DNA of 64,000 nucleotides, taken from assembly GCF_009914755.1 (NCBI RefSeq), contig NC_060939.1. One strand, written 5' to 3'. The DNA is from the human T2T-CHM13v2.0 reference genome, Homo sapiens. The position numbers and the translations under genes are program-made. Below, in pieces: positions 47,498 to 64,000 of this stretch. Positions within the stretch are counted from its first letter, which is position 1. Every line of letters starts with the position of its first letter. Under the pieces are notes generated by a model that worked only from the letters and a program-made list of their open reading frames with translations, had not been told where the DNA came from and did no database searches.

Positions 47498-50400
47498 GAC
47501 CAAAGGTGACGCTGAGTGGAGAAGAGGGCTCAGTAGAGGCTGACTGGTTTGGTCAAGGAGAGATTCTTTGCCAGCTCCTGCTGCTGCTGTATCTGTAGAC
47601 TCCTCCCCTCCAGGGGACATCACCCTGGCACTGCTGGTCACCTTCTAGGCACTGCTGTTCCCAATCAGGCATTGTTAACATGCACAGGAGCCCATGGTGG
47701 TCAAGGGAGGGCTAAGAGAGAGTGTCCTGGGCACATGCATTGGATGGGCCCCCAAAGAATGCAGTCTGGGCCCTGATGCTGGGTCATGGTTTCTCGAGAA
47801 GTCCTGAACCTTTTCACCATTTTCCTGAAGTCCTGCCCTCTCCTTCAGCTCTGCAGGGCACACAAACCCATGTTTCTACACCATGTAAGAAGTCATATTG
47901 CCTTGGGGCCGCCAGGCTGTGAGGAATCCCAAGCTAACCACATAGAAAGGTGATGTGGAGGACCACTAAGGCACTAAGCAGGTGAGGGAAGGCTTTGGGG
48001 ACCTTCCAACACAGACTGGTAGCCAAGTGAGCACAGCCAAAAATGTGACTCTAGTCAATGCCATGGGATGATAGTAGCCAAGAGAATCATGAGAAATAAT
48101 AGATCACTGTTTGGGGTGGTTCAGCAATATGTCCTCTGAACCCCAGTGAATGTCATCTTCCAGAGAATGCTATCATTAGTAAGGATGATGTGGCAGCTTT
48201 CGGGACCACATCGTGATCTTGTTTTTTGGATATTATCATCAGAAATAAGCTGTGAGGGAGAAGAGTGAGCTGGGGAAAGAGAAAGAGAGTGAGCAGGGGA
48301 ATGGAAGTAGTGTTCCCTAGAAGCTAGGGCCCCGAGCTCCTAGGGAAAAGGATTGGAATGACAGCAGCTCCCTCCATGTAGAAGCCAAGAGATCCCTGGG
48401 GTCCACAGGAAGCTGAAAAGGTGTAAACATGGAGGCCTCAGGCCCAGAATGGCTCAGGGAAACTGTCCTAGAAGGTCCTGAAGCATTGTGTGTTCCTCCC
48501 CACTGACCAGGGCCCCCAGGATGGCAGGAGTCTGTGCTTCAAGAAGGGTAAAGCGTGGGCTAAGGGAAAGTGATTCCAACTGGGGTGAGAGGGGAGGGCT
48601 TTGGGTGCAAGTCCAGGAGGGATAGGAAAGAGGAAGGGCCCAGGATACGGTGGCCTCTGGAAGAATCAGGGGAGTTTAATGCCTAGGGGGTTTAATGCCC
48701 AGACCTGGAAACATCTAATTGGCAAACAACTCTATAATCAGTTAACTTCTAGCCAGGAAAACAGAAACTATCCCAGGCATTTTAAGCAGAGGGTATTTAG
48801 TGCTGGAATCGATGACAAAGATGTTGTAAAAGCTGGAGGAGCAAATGGGCCAAGAGGGTGTTACACAGAGATCTGAGGCTGCTCCTGCTCTGCGCCTGTA
48901 TTGAGCTTCTGCAGACACCAACTGTGTCCCAGAGAAGGGGCCACCCTGATGCCCAGCCTCTTATCCCCATTGCCTCTGTTACTAATGCTGCTGGGGCCAC
49001 TCCCATTGTCACTGCAGGAGCAATCACCCCACTGCCACCATTGGAGCTACAGCCAGGAGCAAAGTGGCTTCCTCCTATCTCCCACCCGTCCACTTCCCAT
49101 TGGCAGCACTTAACCAGAAACCAGTTGCAAGGGAGCCTGGGAAATGTAGTTTTCAGGCTTCTAGCCCCTTGACTACTAAGGAGAGCAGGGTGGGCAGGCA
49201 TGGAGCTGAGGGCCAACAGAGTACTCTGGCACAGAAGCTGCCAACTTAACTCAATGGCTCTTATTTTTACTTTGAAATGCTCCCATCCTTCCAGCAGTAC
49301 AAGCCATTTGTGGTTGCATCCCCCTGTGCACAGCAGAATTCACATAGTCAGAACCGGCCAGGGGGACTCTGGAAAGCACAAGTATGAGTCTAAGCGCTGC
49401 GACCTCGCAGGGACTTCTCCCATATCTGGGCCCCCACATGATGGTGGTGTGAAGCTCCAAGGTGGATATTGACTGAGTGACTCCTCTTGGGGCCGGGTTC
49501 CAATGTGGGGAGGCAGGAAGCAGTTTCTTTCTCCTCAGAAGACACTAAGACCAGTTAAGTCTTGGGAGTTGATGCAGCCAGATTTAAGAACCCAGAGGCC
49601 CTTGGGATAGCAGGCTGCAGATAAAATCGACTTACAACTTAGCCACGGCTGGAGCATGGTTCAGGCTGATGTTTACTGTAGTGATGTAGAGGCCAAACGT
49701 GACCTCAGAAAGCACCCAGCAGGCGGAGTTTGAGACATCCCCGTGGGCAGAGCTGGTGCTGAGGCTCAGGCTGTGGGGTCGTGGAAGGGATGCAGGAAAG
49801 AAGGTTCTAGACCAGGGCTTGACACTTCACTCTCTGGGGCCACATGGGCTGAGGCCTGGGCATGCATCCCTGGTGCTGATCTGCTCTGTGGATATTAAGG
49901 TGCCTACTGTGTGCTGGCTGTGGTCTCTGTCATGCCGGGAGGTGACGGTGTCTTCTCTGGAGCCCCTTGCCCTGGCTCTCTGCCCAGTGGTTCTGCCTCT
50001 GCCACGTGGAGGCCTTCAGCTCCCAACAGGGGTGGAGGACCTCAGCTGCCCATCTCTGCCTCCCCAGCCCCAGCCCAGTGTCTGGCAGTGAGTGATGAAT
50101 GCAGGCATGCTGATCCCTGTTTGCAAAGCTTGGTCAGGAGGCCCAAGTGGAATCTGGGCCAGCCTGGTACAAAAGGACATGATGGACACCTCAGGGGATC
50201 CTAGGCCACCGGAAAGGCTCTGCGTGGCCCAAGGTTTCAGTCCCAGAGCCAGCCTTTTTGTCTTTGGCTTCGAAAACCTCAATCGTAAAATGGAGCTAAT
50301 AAAAACACCAAGCCCAGATTGGAGGACGAAATGGCATATGGCCCTGGTGGGGACTCCACCGGGGGGGAGGCATGGCCCAAAAGGCTTGGGTTGCGTCAAT

Positions 50401-51157
50401 GATTCCCATTCTGTTTGCAGGAGCCTGGCATGAGCAGAAGTTCTGAACCCACTGGGCTGTGCGGTGGAGGAGCAGGTGGGCTTTCCACACAGAGCCTGGC
50501 CAGCATGGAGCAGGGGGAAAGGGAGACTCACGCTTTTCATTCCAGGGGCTGCAGGTGACAGTTTGGCAGAGGCCAGGCAGGTCTGGCTGCCAGGCTGAGG
50601 AGTTTGGACTTGGAAATTTAAAGGCCCTTCAGGAAGCCTCTGCAGAAGACTGGTCTGTCATTGACAATTAAAAGAAAAAAATAGACCACAATGCAAGGCA
50701 AGGAGTGGCCTTTGGTAGAAGCCGGACAGGATCCAGGTGGGTGTGGCCGGGCTCAGGTGTGGGCGGGCCCAGATCCTGTGCATCCTGCTCCTGGGGCCTC
50801 CCACCTCCTTGCCCTTGACACCTGCCTCACCCTGGTAGTTTCCAAAGAAGCCCCAAGGCCCCCGCCGTGGCCCTGCCCCCACAGGTGGAGGAGCTCCAAG
50901 CCTCCTGTGGGAGATGGAGCTTAGCTTGGGCCAAGGAACCTGCACCCGTGGAGGATAGTGGGCAAGCTGCTCTGCCCTAAGCAGGATGGCTATTTTGGGT
51001 TCAGAACCAGGCTGGATGAATTGTGTCCTTCTGCCGGCAGCCCTGGGAGCTCCATCTGCTCCAGGGAACAGGTTGAGAGCTTCATCAGATGGTCCTTAAA
51101 ATCCAGGCCCTCTGCGGAGGCCTGCCTGGGCCTGAGCCACTTCTGACCACGTCCTCC

Positions 51158-51474
51158 TGAGGAGAGAGGCCATTTATTTTACTGTCTCCGGTCTCTGAAG
51201 GGAAGGAGGAAGTAAAAGTTGAAAAACAACAGGAATGAAGTCAGTGGCAAGACCAGCCGGTGCCACTGGTGACCAGGCCTGAGGTTAAAAGATTAACGCC
51301 GCCCCCACTCTAACCAGATGTGCTCTCAATCTATCATGACCCTTTCACGTGGAACCCCTTAGATTTGTAAGCCCTTCTTGAGACGTGAGTCTGCCGAAGT
51401 TCCCGGCCAAATAAAGCCAAATCCTTCCTTAACCGGGTGTCTGAGGGCTTTTGTCTACGGCTCATCCTGCTACA
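51158..51474 (+). mobile_element. ERV1 solo LTR of the LTR2/LTR4 (HERV-E/HERV3) group, internally deleted
   Basis: TG...CA, near-TSD ctcc/ctct, 3' end aataaagcc...ggtgtctgagggcttttgtctacggctcatcctgctaca. Confidence 0.8.
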
Positions 51475-52250
51475 CTCTAGCTGGAATTGGAGACTGCAGC
51501 CCCTCTCCGACCTGGGCCACGACACGCAAACAGCGTCTCCTGCCTCCTGCACAGTGGCCAATACCAGGCCAAGAGCTTCACCTTTGTTACCCGGCTTCAT
51601 CTTCACAAAACCCTGGGGGCAGTAGGTGTGATTTTACTCCCATCTTATAAATCTGGAAACTTCCATTTACAGAAGTGACCCGATCCTCTCAGAGGATGAG
51701 GCCAGCAGGCAGTGGAACAGGGATTTGGACATGAGTCGTATCCCCCAGATGCCATGCGGTTGACCAGGCTGCCATCCGGAGCTTCCGTGGGGCCAGGAAC
51801 TGCCTCTCAGGCCTGACGGGATTCAAATATGCACCAATGCACTCCTCAGAGGAGAGGTGAGCGAAGGGGGACCCCATGACCCTGAAGCCTACAGTCTCAA
51901 AGGGAAAGAGGACCCTCCACCCACGTGTGGATTGGCAGGCCTGAGTGAGGCACTGTTCTCTGTTACAAGTGTTGCCCTCCCCCGCCACAGCCATGGGCTG
52001 CACTTCCGTCCTTTGGGCAGCCTCAAAGGCTCTGCAACTCTCCCTAAAGACACTAATTTCACCCCCAGGGCCATCCAGGCCAGGGGAGCCTCTTGACAGA
52101 AACCTTGCATGTATGCGGTGTCTCTCACCCAGGCATCTTCCTCCTTCTGCACAGAGCCCTGTTCTTAGGGCTGCTTAGGCACACAGGTGACCCGGATGTT
52201 CTCTCTTGGATGCGACCTACTGTGTGTCTTAAGTTTCTGGGGCACAGTCA

Positions 52251-52595
<345 letters not shown>

Positions 52596-54129
52596 CTAAA
52601 CCTTTTGGACAAATAAACTTCGCACCAACACGTGAAAGGGCAACAGCTGATGTTGAGGAAACATGGCTCTATTTGTTCTCATAATCTTTATTCACAATCT
52701 CAGTAAGATCTCCTTTGAAAACAAACAACAGAATAGTGTCCTGGGTGCGCGGCACAGTCAAGGGTTGCGAGAGCCTGCAGTCCTCTACTTGCAGGGCAGC
52801 TGTTAAGGGCTTGGGAGCTGCCCTCATTCACCCCTGCTGGGTGTCCCTTGGTTCCTGGTGTCTGTGAGGCTCCAGCAGATCCTAACCCAGCCTTGAGCAT
52901 GTGAGGCCCTTTCTGAGCACCCTCGTGGGCCAGAGGCAAAAGCACTGCTCCTTTCTTCAGGCAGGGCTCCAGCCAGGGGCCCCACAGGAAGGGGCATTTC
53001 CTGAGCTCCCAGAACAGCTGGAGAAGGGGATGATGCATCTGTTGGGGAAGGTGGAGGAGCCTGTCGGCCTCATTACTGTCACTTCTCAGAGACCATGAGG
53101 CCTAGGGGTGGTGATTGGCTGGATGTAGATGCAGGGAGAATGGACTTGTGCTTCTGCCCACTGGCCAGTTCACAGCGCCACAGGCTCCTTCCCTGCTCTC
53201 GGTTGGTTCCCAAAGGAAAAAGTGGAAGCATTTTTATTATCCTGCTATCTGGCTCTGGAATTCCCCTTTGGAAGGAGCAATGGCGGGATAAGTCCCCACG
53301 GTAGAAGGAGGATCCCAGAGGCCTGGTTGGAACCGACTGCTCTGCTGCCCTGAGCTGCTCACAGAGTAGAATGAAGGAGAGGATTGAGTACGGGGCAGGA
53401 GAGCCCACCTGTGTGTCTGAGGGTGTGCGGCCAGCCCATCCATAGCATTTGCTCCACTTGCGGTTAGCACATGAGGAACTGTAGAGGAGAGGGACAGTGG
53501 CTCATGCCTGGACACTTATAAGGCAGAAGACGCAAAGCTGGGCTGGCAGCAGAGGGGCTGGAGGAATGCAAGCCTCACGGTCAGCTGCAGTCTCCAGGCC
53601 ATGCCCCGGTTGCCTGTCAGCTCTTGGGTACTTGGCACGGGCTCTGGGTGCTGCTGTGCAGGTTGAGTCCCACCCAGAGTCCTGCCCTTCATTCTACAGG
53701 AGAGGGGCCATTTCTGATTGGATCGCAGAGTGGCCACACGGGCTGTGGGAGCTCTGCCAGGCTATTGTGCACAATGCTCCATTACCCCAGCCTGTCTTGG
53801 AGACCCTCCAGCATCTGCCCAGTTGTTCCCTAAAGTGATCCCATCTCCTAGGCCTGGAACAGTGCCTGCCCTGCTCCCATGTCAGACACGAACCCCACCC
53901 CGCTCCGGGTTCCCTGTCCTCTGACATGCATGGTGACACTCTCCAGCACCCCTTCCTTTGCCAGGTTCCCCCAACCTGGGGCTGGCCTCCTGCCCCTGAC
54001 TCTAGGGAGCAGGCCAGCTGGACGCGTCACCCCTCAGCTGGCTCCCACCGTGACCATGGCATGAGTGATTTTTATTTTATTTTTTGGACTTGCCAAAGAA
54101 CCACCACATCATTGTGTGGTGAGCCTGGA

Positions 54130-55450
54130 GGACAAGCCATCTGCGGGTAGAACCCAATAGACATGAATCATCCATTCATAGAATGACCAGATGGTCTGGG
54201 CTCCCCTGGATAACGGTGTGTTGTTGTCCACCCAACAGGAATACAAATTGCTCCTGGTCCCCTTCTTATGGGAATGGAAAGGACGACAGTCCCAGATGGA
54301 TGGGTTCATGCCACGCCCCTGAGCTTCATTCTTCTGCTCTACCCTAGACACTGCTTCTGATGCCTCAGCTGCAATGGGCAGTACTTGCTTCAGTTTGGAT
54401 GGTCCACTGCCACTGATACCACGTATCTGGTTTTTGTAGAAACTAGGCTTGTAAATTAAATGGGGATATGACAGGGACCACCACCCCTGAACTACTGAAC
54501 TTTTTGAGGGTGGCATTAATCTCTGCCACTTCCCCCCTGCCATGTGATACCATTTTTGATTTGCTATCCTGGCCAGGGGAGGGGAGACCCAGAGGCTTCC
54601 ACTTGGCCCTCCTGCTCTGATGGCTCTTCCCCCACAGGTGAAGGAATCCATGTGGGTTCTGCTGACTGCTGGGAATCTCCATCCTAAGCATATGTGCAGG
54701 TGGTGGAGAGGTGACCCCTGACCACAGTGAGCCAGACTCGGGATCTGGTCCCTCATGCTCCTCCCCACCATGGGCCCATGGAGATACTGGGACCTCCACT
54801 CATCAATGTCAACTCAGATCCTGCGTCCAGCAGAGTCCCACACATTTCTGGATGTCTCCCTTTCCCCTGTGCATGGAAATGCAAGTCCATGGCTGAGGAG
54901 CCCCTTGGGGAAGGCCTGGAGGAGTCATTACTGCCCACACTTGCCAGGGTTTGCAGGTCAGTCTTCACAGATCTGGTATCTCCTTCAGTCTGGGTTCTGG
55001 GTCTGAGGACTGGCTTGGGGCCAGAAACCAGCCAAAGGATTGTGATTTGGGGGTGGGAGGTGGCTGCCCTCAGCCTCCTGGTCGTCCATCCTGGGTACTG
55101 TTTATCGCACAATTAAGCCATGCCCTTGTTAACTGCCTACCCAGCTTGCCTCTGTGGACTCTGGGTTTGAGGAACCACCTCTGCGGCTCTCTGCACAATG
55201 GGCCCCAGATGCTACTTGGAGTGGCCATCTGCTGAGATAATTGCATCCACCTCGCTTCTGAAGGTTAAGCAGCACCATCTGTTCTCTATGCCATCGAGAC
55301 TTTGTCATCATCCCTGTTGCTATTAAGGTCCTCTAGAAACCTCTACTGTCAGCCCTGACCCTCAGAGGACAGCACCACTGACTTCTCAACCACGTGCCAC
55401 CCCCTCACCAGTGCTCTTTGTCACTTTGGTGTATGGGGGTCCATCAGACC
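54130..55450 (-). mobile_element. Decayed ERV-L internal fragment (gag end, protease, RT start)
   Basis: LLDAGSELTL (protease, cf. LDTGSELTL) and EVAEINATLKKFSSSGVVVPVISPFN (RT N-terminus) in the ORF track. Confidence 0.78.
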
Positions 55451-55814
55451 TCCTGGGTTTTCCAGCCTTACTCAGAGCCTTTGGTCCTGAGCTGTCCCCT
55501 CCCAGGCATTCCAAGAATCACTCTAGCACATGGTAACACCATCTCCTGGGGTCCTGGCTGGGTTGTGACATTGCACATCAGGGGTCTCCTGGGGTGCAGG
55601 CCAGGCCGTGAAGTTCCGCATCAGAGATCTCCTGGGGTCCTGGCTGGCTGTGAAATTCTGCCTCAGGGTGGGTGTGCCCACACTGACAGGCTCTCCCTCA
55701 TCCTGTGCTCCGGCATCCTCAGGCCCAGGCCCAGGCACACTCTACTGGTCTTCCTGGTCCAGCCTGGGCCTGCAGCTTCTTTGGCATCAAAGCCTTCCCT
55801 GTCCATGACCCAAC

Positions 55815-56130
55815 TTGGATGAACCTTGAGGACATTACTTTGAGTGACATAAGCCAGTAGCAAAAGGACAAATCTTGTATGAATCCACTTACATAAGGAA
55901 CCCAGAGTAGCCAAATCCACAGAGACAGAGAATAGAATGGTGGCTGCCAGGACTAGGGGGGAGGGGGCAGTGAGGACTTAGTGATGAATGGGGAAGAGTT
56001 TCAGTTTGGGAAGATGAAAATGTTCTGGAGATGGATGTGGTGACGGTTGCCAGTGTACTTACTGCCAGGGAGCTCTACACCCAGAAATAACAACTTTTAT
56101 GTTACATGTATTTCACTCCAATTCTTTTAA
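55815..56130 (+). mobile_element. L1MB 3' end
   Basis: ggatgaaccttgaggacatta...agagtttcagtttgggaagatgaaaatgttctggagatgg. Confidence 0.85.
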
Positions 56131-57199
56131 AAATCAAAACCAGGCTTCTACTCCCTTAGCAGGTCCAGTCCTCTCCAGTCGGGCTGCATTGGGGTTTGAC
56201 CCTTCCCATCAGTCTGGCTGCCTGGAGGGATGGTGGAGGTGCGTCTGAAGGAAGCACTGTCTTGTCAGACACCACCAGCTTGAGGCCATTATGCAGTCTT
56301 CAAGCTGGCTGGGGGAAGGGACACTATTGCCTAAGGGGGAGTGGTCACTTCCACAGGCCTTGCATGTACATAGGAATCCGAAGCTCTAGGTCCTCACTTG
56401 CACCTCCCCAGACTCCCCGTCCCAGATCTCAGGGTCCCTTCCCTTCCCTACCGAGGTCCTGACCTAGCTTGGGACACCCCTGGAGGCTGAGAGCTCCACT
56501 ACACCTAGCAGTAACTTTGCGCCATGTCCTTGGTGTGATCCACCTCTCACTTCCATCCCCCAAATTCCCCAAATGCCGGAGATCAGGGAGGACTTCTGAC
56601 TTTCCCATTTTGATTTCATTGGTTGTCATTCTCCATCATCTTCTGAGTGGTGCTCAGAGCAGCCCCGTCCTCCGGCTCCAGGTCCCTTACCCACTAGGAT
56701 GTTGCGTCAGCTGGTCGGACCCCTTCCCCTGGCTAGAGTCCCCCTGGTTCACCACCCATGCTCCATACAGTGAGGAGGGCAGGACGGGGTACAGAGAGAG
56801 ACAGGCTCACGATGCCCTCGCACCCTGAAGGGGCTGGGCCTCTGCACCAGCAACATTGGCGGGTCATTGTCCCACTGGTGGCAGCATTGTCTCAGGAGGG
56901 ACCTTCCCTGAGGCAGAGGACAATTACTGGGGAGGAACAGGCTGTGAACCAGTCTCTGTCCAGTGGGTGGGGTGGGCATGAGGGCTGTGAGGAAGGTGTG
57001 GGGCGGAGCGCCTGGTGTCCACTCCCACCCTGCATTCAGCAGCCCTCGCTGTCTCCCCTCTGCTCTGCACTGTGGCTGCCTTGGGCCGCCTGGGGCTAAG
57101 GTTTGTCCCAAACCTCCAGTCCTGCAACGGTGCCCCATCCCTGGCATGGTCCCCACTCCACCCTGCCCCAGCAGGAGGCCAGTTTGTCCTGGATGGGAA

Positions 57200-57590
57200 G
57201 AAGGCCTCACGGGCAGGGGAGGCTCCCACGCATGCCACCCCTTCGGCCGTGCCCTGGGGTTCCGCTCTTGGGATTCTTAATGAGTTTATCCTTGAATGTG
57301 TGTTTTGTAAGTGAAGTCAATGGGGCAATGGAGCATCCACCAAGGCTCCTTTCCCTGCTTCCTTCACACCCCCTGTTAGGTGTTCTGGGCTGCCACCTGC
57401 CCTGCCACAGGCCCCGGCTGTCCTGCACAGACACTCCACGGATGAGACAGAGCCCTGGGCACCTGGGAGGTCTGCACATGCCCCACAGGGATCCCTGAGC
57501 CCAGGGCTGATTTTAAATAGCAGAGAAAAACACCCTTCCTGCTTTCTGAACAACGGCCCACACTTTCATTTGCTGCCTGCCCTGCTCTCA
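57200..57590 (+). mobile_element. MER45-like hAT DNA transposon remnant
   Basis: attcttaatgagtttatccttgaatgtgtgttttgtaagtgaagtcaatggggcaatggagcat. Confidence 0.6.
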
Positions 57591-58961
57591 GAGTGTCTTC
57601 TCAATGGACAAACCAGAAGGGCCTGCAAGCTGCTGACTGTGGCCCACACAGCCCACACACTGGTCCCCAAATCTCACCTTCTTCCCCATCTTCTCTTCAT
57701 GAGGAAGAGGCTCAGCCCCTTTCTCCCTGCCCAAACCTAGAAACACACTCCAAGGCCGAGTCCTATTAACTTGGGGAGGGTGGGAGTGTTAAACTTGAGC
57801 TCACCAAAGATTTCTGTGATTTTCCGAGATTGCATATATGACTGATTTGGGAAAACTTGCAGGGAACACAAGCCACATCCTGCCCGTAGGCCCGGCTTCT
57901 GTAGCGCCTATGGTGACCAGGTTGGCACTGACACCGCTGTGCCGCTGCTCTGTCCTGGCCCAGACATGCTGTCATGGCCTTGGGTGCCAAGTTAAATGAG
58001 GTCTGTCACCTGTCCCCTGCTCATGGAGCTGAGTATGTTTGAAGTTCATTTACTGTGTATTTTCCCCTCGGGGTGTGACAAATGAGCCCTACCCCCAGAC
58101 AACAGTGCCAGAAATCCAAACAGGGTTGGGCTCTATCCCATCTGCCTGGGGCTCAGGGAGTCCCTCTGCTGTCCCCAACACCCACTCCTCATATCCCACC
58201 CCCCAGCACATGGAGCTGGAGCTGGGAACTCGCAGGCCCCTGGGGACCCATCTGCGCTGTTTGTTTGGGTGAGAGCTCTGTATTGACAGCAGCTCTCCTG
58301 GCAGCCCTCGGCAGAGAGAAGGCTGTGCCAAGTGGGTATCAAGCAACGGTCGGGCACACGCTCCAGATGACACATGCGGGGGTGGGGGCGCAGCCCTCTC
58401 CTACCCTGGGGGAGCCACCTCCCGATAATCCCTCCCATGGCTCCCCGGGGAGGGGCAGGAGAACACAGGATGATTGTCACAGATCATGTGCTGGGGAGGA
58501 GAGCCTCGCAGACCTGAGGCCGGGAAAGGGGGCAATGAAAACAGCCCTTTGTCCAGGGCCTCATCTGCCACACACTGGGCTTGTGTTTCTTGCTTTATGA
58601 CAATTGGGCGAAACATTAGACTGGGCATCAATTATTCAGATTTCACTGTGAGGTCAGAACACAGCAGCTCCGTCCTGTCCCCACCCAGAGAGAATGAGAA
58701 TGCCGGGGGAGTCAGTTCCAGGCTGTGGGAATTTAGACAAACTCCTGGGTGGGGTGCCTGAGCCCCCTGCCCCCACACTTGCACCCTCAGGTCTCAGCTG
58801 CCCAACCCCCACCAGGTCTAACCCTCCTCGACCCCCACTGACCAAACTGCTTTCCAGGTATTTGGGTGGCACTGAACACTAGGAGGCATTTCTCCATTTT
58901 CAGGCAGAAAGTGCAATTGAAGGAATTCTCTGGTGCTCAGTGACCTTCTATCCAAACCCAA

Positions 58962-59026
58962 AACACACACACAAACACACACACACACATGCATGCACAC
59001 ACACACATGTGTGTGTGTGCATGTGC
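58962..59026. repeat. (CA)n/(TG)n tract containing a perfect 32-bp palindrome
   Basis: catgcacacacacaca|tgtgtgtgtgtgcatg at 58992-59023. Confidence 0.92.
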
Positions 59027-59179
59027 AAAAGGCACAGACATTTCTCTGGCTCTGTTTGCTTAGGACCCTGAGCCTGATCCCTTGCCTGGCCAGCTGCCCC
59101 TCATGTGCTGTCCTGGAGCCCCTTCCAAAGCATCATTCACACACGGCTGTGGTCCTGGCTGCCACCCACCCTTCTCCTA

Positions 59180-61200
<2,021 letters not shown>

Positions 61201-61219
61201 CCCTATACGTAAGGTACCT

Positions 61220-62190
61220 TTTTTAAAAAGAGACTTTATTTTTTGGGGTCACAGCAAAATGGAGTGAAAGGCACAGAGATTTCACAAATGCTGCCTGCCT
61301 TTACACACACATCACCTCCCCCCGCATACGCATCCCCTGCCAGAGCGGTGCATATGTTACAACTGATAACCTACACTGACACATCACTATCACCCAGAGT
61401 CCACAGTTTACATTAGTTTTTATTCTTGGTGTCATTAATTCTCTGGGTTTAGACAAATGTATAATGGTATTTATCCACCATGATAGTATCATAGAGAGTA
61501 GTTTCACTGCCCTAAAAAAATCTTCTGTGCCCTGCCTATCCCTCCCTCCCTGAAACCCTTGACAACCGCTGACCTTTTTACTGTTTCCATAGTTTTGCTT
61601 TTCCAGAGTATCATATAGTTGGAGTCACAGTCTGTAGCCTTTCACATCAGCTTCTTTCACTTGGTAATATGCATTTAAGTTTCTTCCATGTCTTTTCATG
61701 GCTTGATATCTCATTTCTTTTCATCACTGAATAGTATTTCATTGTCGGGATGTACCACGTTTTACTTATTCATTCACCTACTGAAGAGCATCATGATTGC
61801 TGCTAAGAATAAAGCTGTTATAAACATCCATATGCAGGTATTTCAGACACAAATGAACATCCAGTGGACTAAAGTTTTCAATTCCTTTGGGTAAATACCA
61901 AGGAGCACATTGCTGTATTGTACGCTAAGAATATGTTTAGTTTTGTGAGAAACCACAAACTGTGTTCCAAAATGGCTGTAGCATTTAGAGTTCCCCGCCA
62001 ACAATAAATGAGAGTTCCTGTTGCTCCCCCTCTTCATCAGCAATTGGTGGTGTCAGTGTTCTGGATTTTGGCCATTCTGATAGGTGTGCAGTGGTAGCTC
62101 ACTGTTGTTGTAATTTGCATTTCCCTGACGACATGTGATGTTGAGTATTTTTTCATGTGCCTATTTGCCACCTGTACCTCTTCCTTGGTG
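61220..62190 (-). mobile_element. L1MC1-like 3' end
   Basis: cacagcaaaatggagtgaaagg...acctacactgacacatcactatcacccagagtccacagtttacattag. Confidence 0.8.
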
Positions 62191-62669
62191 AGGGACATAG
62201 TGTGTCTTTTATTGCTGGCTGATTTTGAGATGTTCTCTTTATCACAGGTTTTTAGCAATTTGAATATAATGACATTGCCCATGATGCTTTTTGCATTAAT
62301 TCTTCTTAGGTTTCAATGCATTCTTTAGAATAGTGTGTTTATATTTTTCATCAAATGCAGAACATTTTCAGTTATCGTTTCTCCATACATTTTCTCTGCC
62401 CTTGACCCCTTCTAGGACTGCAATTAGAGATAAGTTACACCCCTTGACATTGTTCATCTTTAGAGATGTTACACTCCTTAACAAGTTCATTTTTTTCCAG
62501 TCATTTCCCTCTCTGTGCTTTAGCTTGGATAGTTCGAGTACCTTGTCTTCCATTTTACTGCCTTTCCTTTTGTCACATCACATTTTCTGTTAAGCCTATC
62601 TGGTGTTTTTTCAGACTTACATTATTTTTTAAAATTAACGTACAGTACAATAAACTTTTTTTTTTGGTG

Positions 62670-64000
<1,331 letters not shown>

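Noticed and set aside
48740-49220. Possible old LTR (gggaaatgtagttt motif)
   Set aside because: Probably a repeat, but family and boundaries cannot be assigned by eye
54109-55112. 220-aa ORF and neighbours as a domesticated retroviral gene
   Set aside because: Homology hops between frames with stops and frameshifts; decayed ERV-L

Overview
Primate (most likely human) genomic DNA. It is repeat-rich: about 30 Alus from FLAM/AluJ to AluY, many old L1M pieces plus one L1PA4 3' end, solo LTRs (MER41A, LTR12, MER76, an LTR2/LTR4-like element, MLT1/MST), two decayed ERV-L internal regions (gag/pro/RT/RNaseH remnants), DNA transposons (Tigger2a, MER45-like), MIR/L2 and simple repeats. I find no conserved canonical protein-coding gene, no tRNA/rRNA and no CRISPR; nearly all entries in the ORF track are repeat-derived or chance ORFs in GC-rich DNA. 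The most informative non-repeat signal is a chain of small minus-strand exons with good splice sites at 8831-8782, 7425-7347, (2152-2122), 1805-1564 and 1429-1343, continuing off the left edge. It looks like a lncRNA-type transcript whose spliced form carries a 101-aa ORF (MPRRGPQQ...ADDRPH). A 31-nt cassette exon and a 9-nt homopolymer could each switch the reading frame, and a same-strand intronic LTR12 could act as an alternative promoter. Other oddities are an AT-rich poly(A)-tailed insert splitting an MLT1F (possible orphan 3'UTR retrocopy or transduction), a fold-back inversion inside an Alu, a nested ERVL>Alu>Alu>Alu stack and several non-B-DNA tracts. Repeat subfamily names come from recalled consensus sequences and boundaries are approximate unless a TSD is cited. 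I cannot identify the locus or gene symbol.
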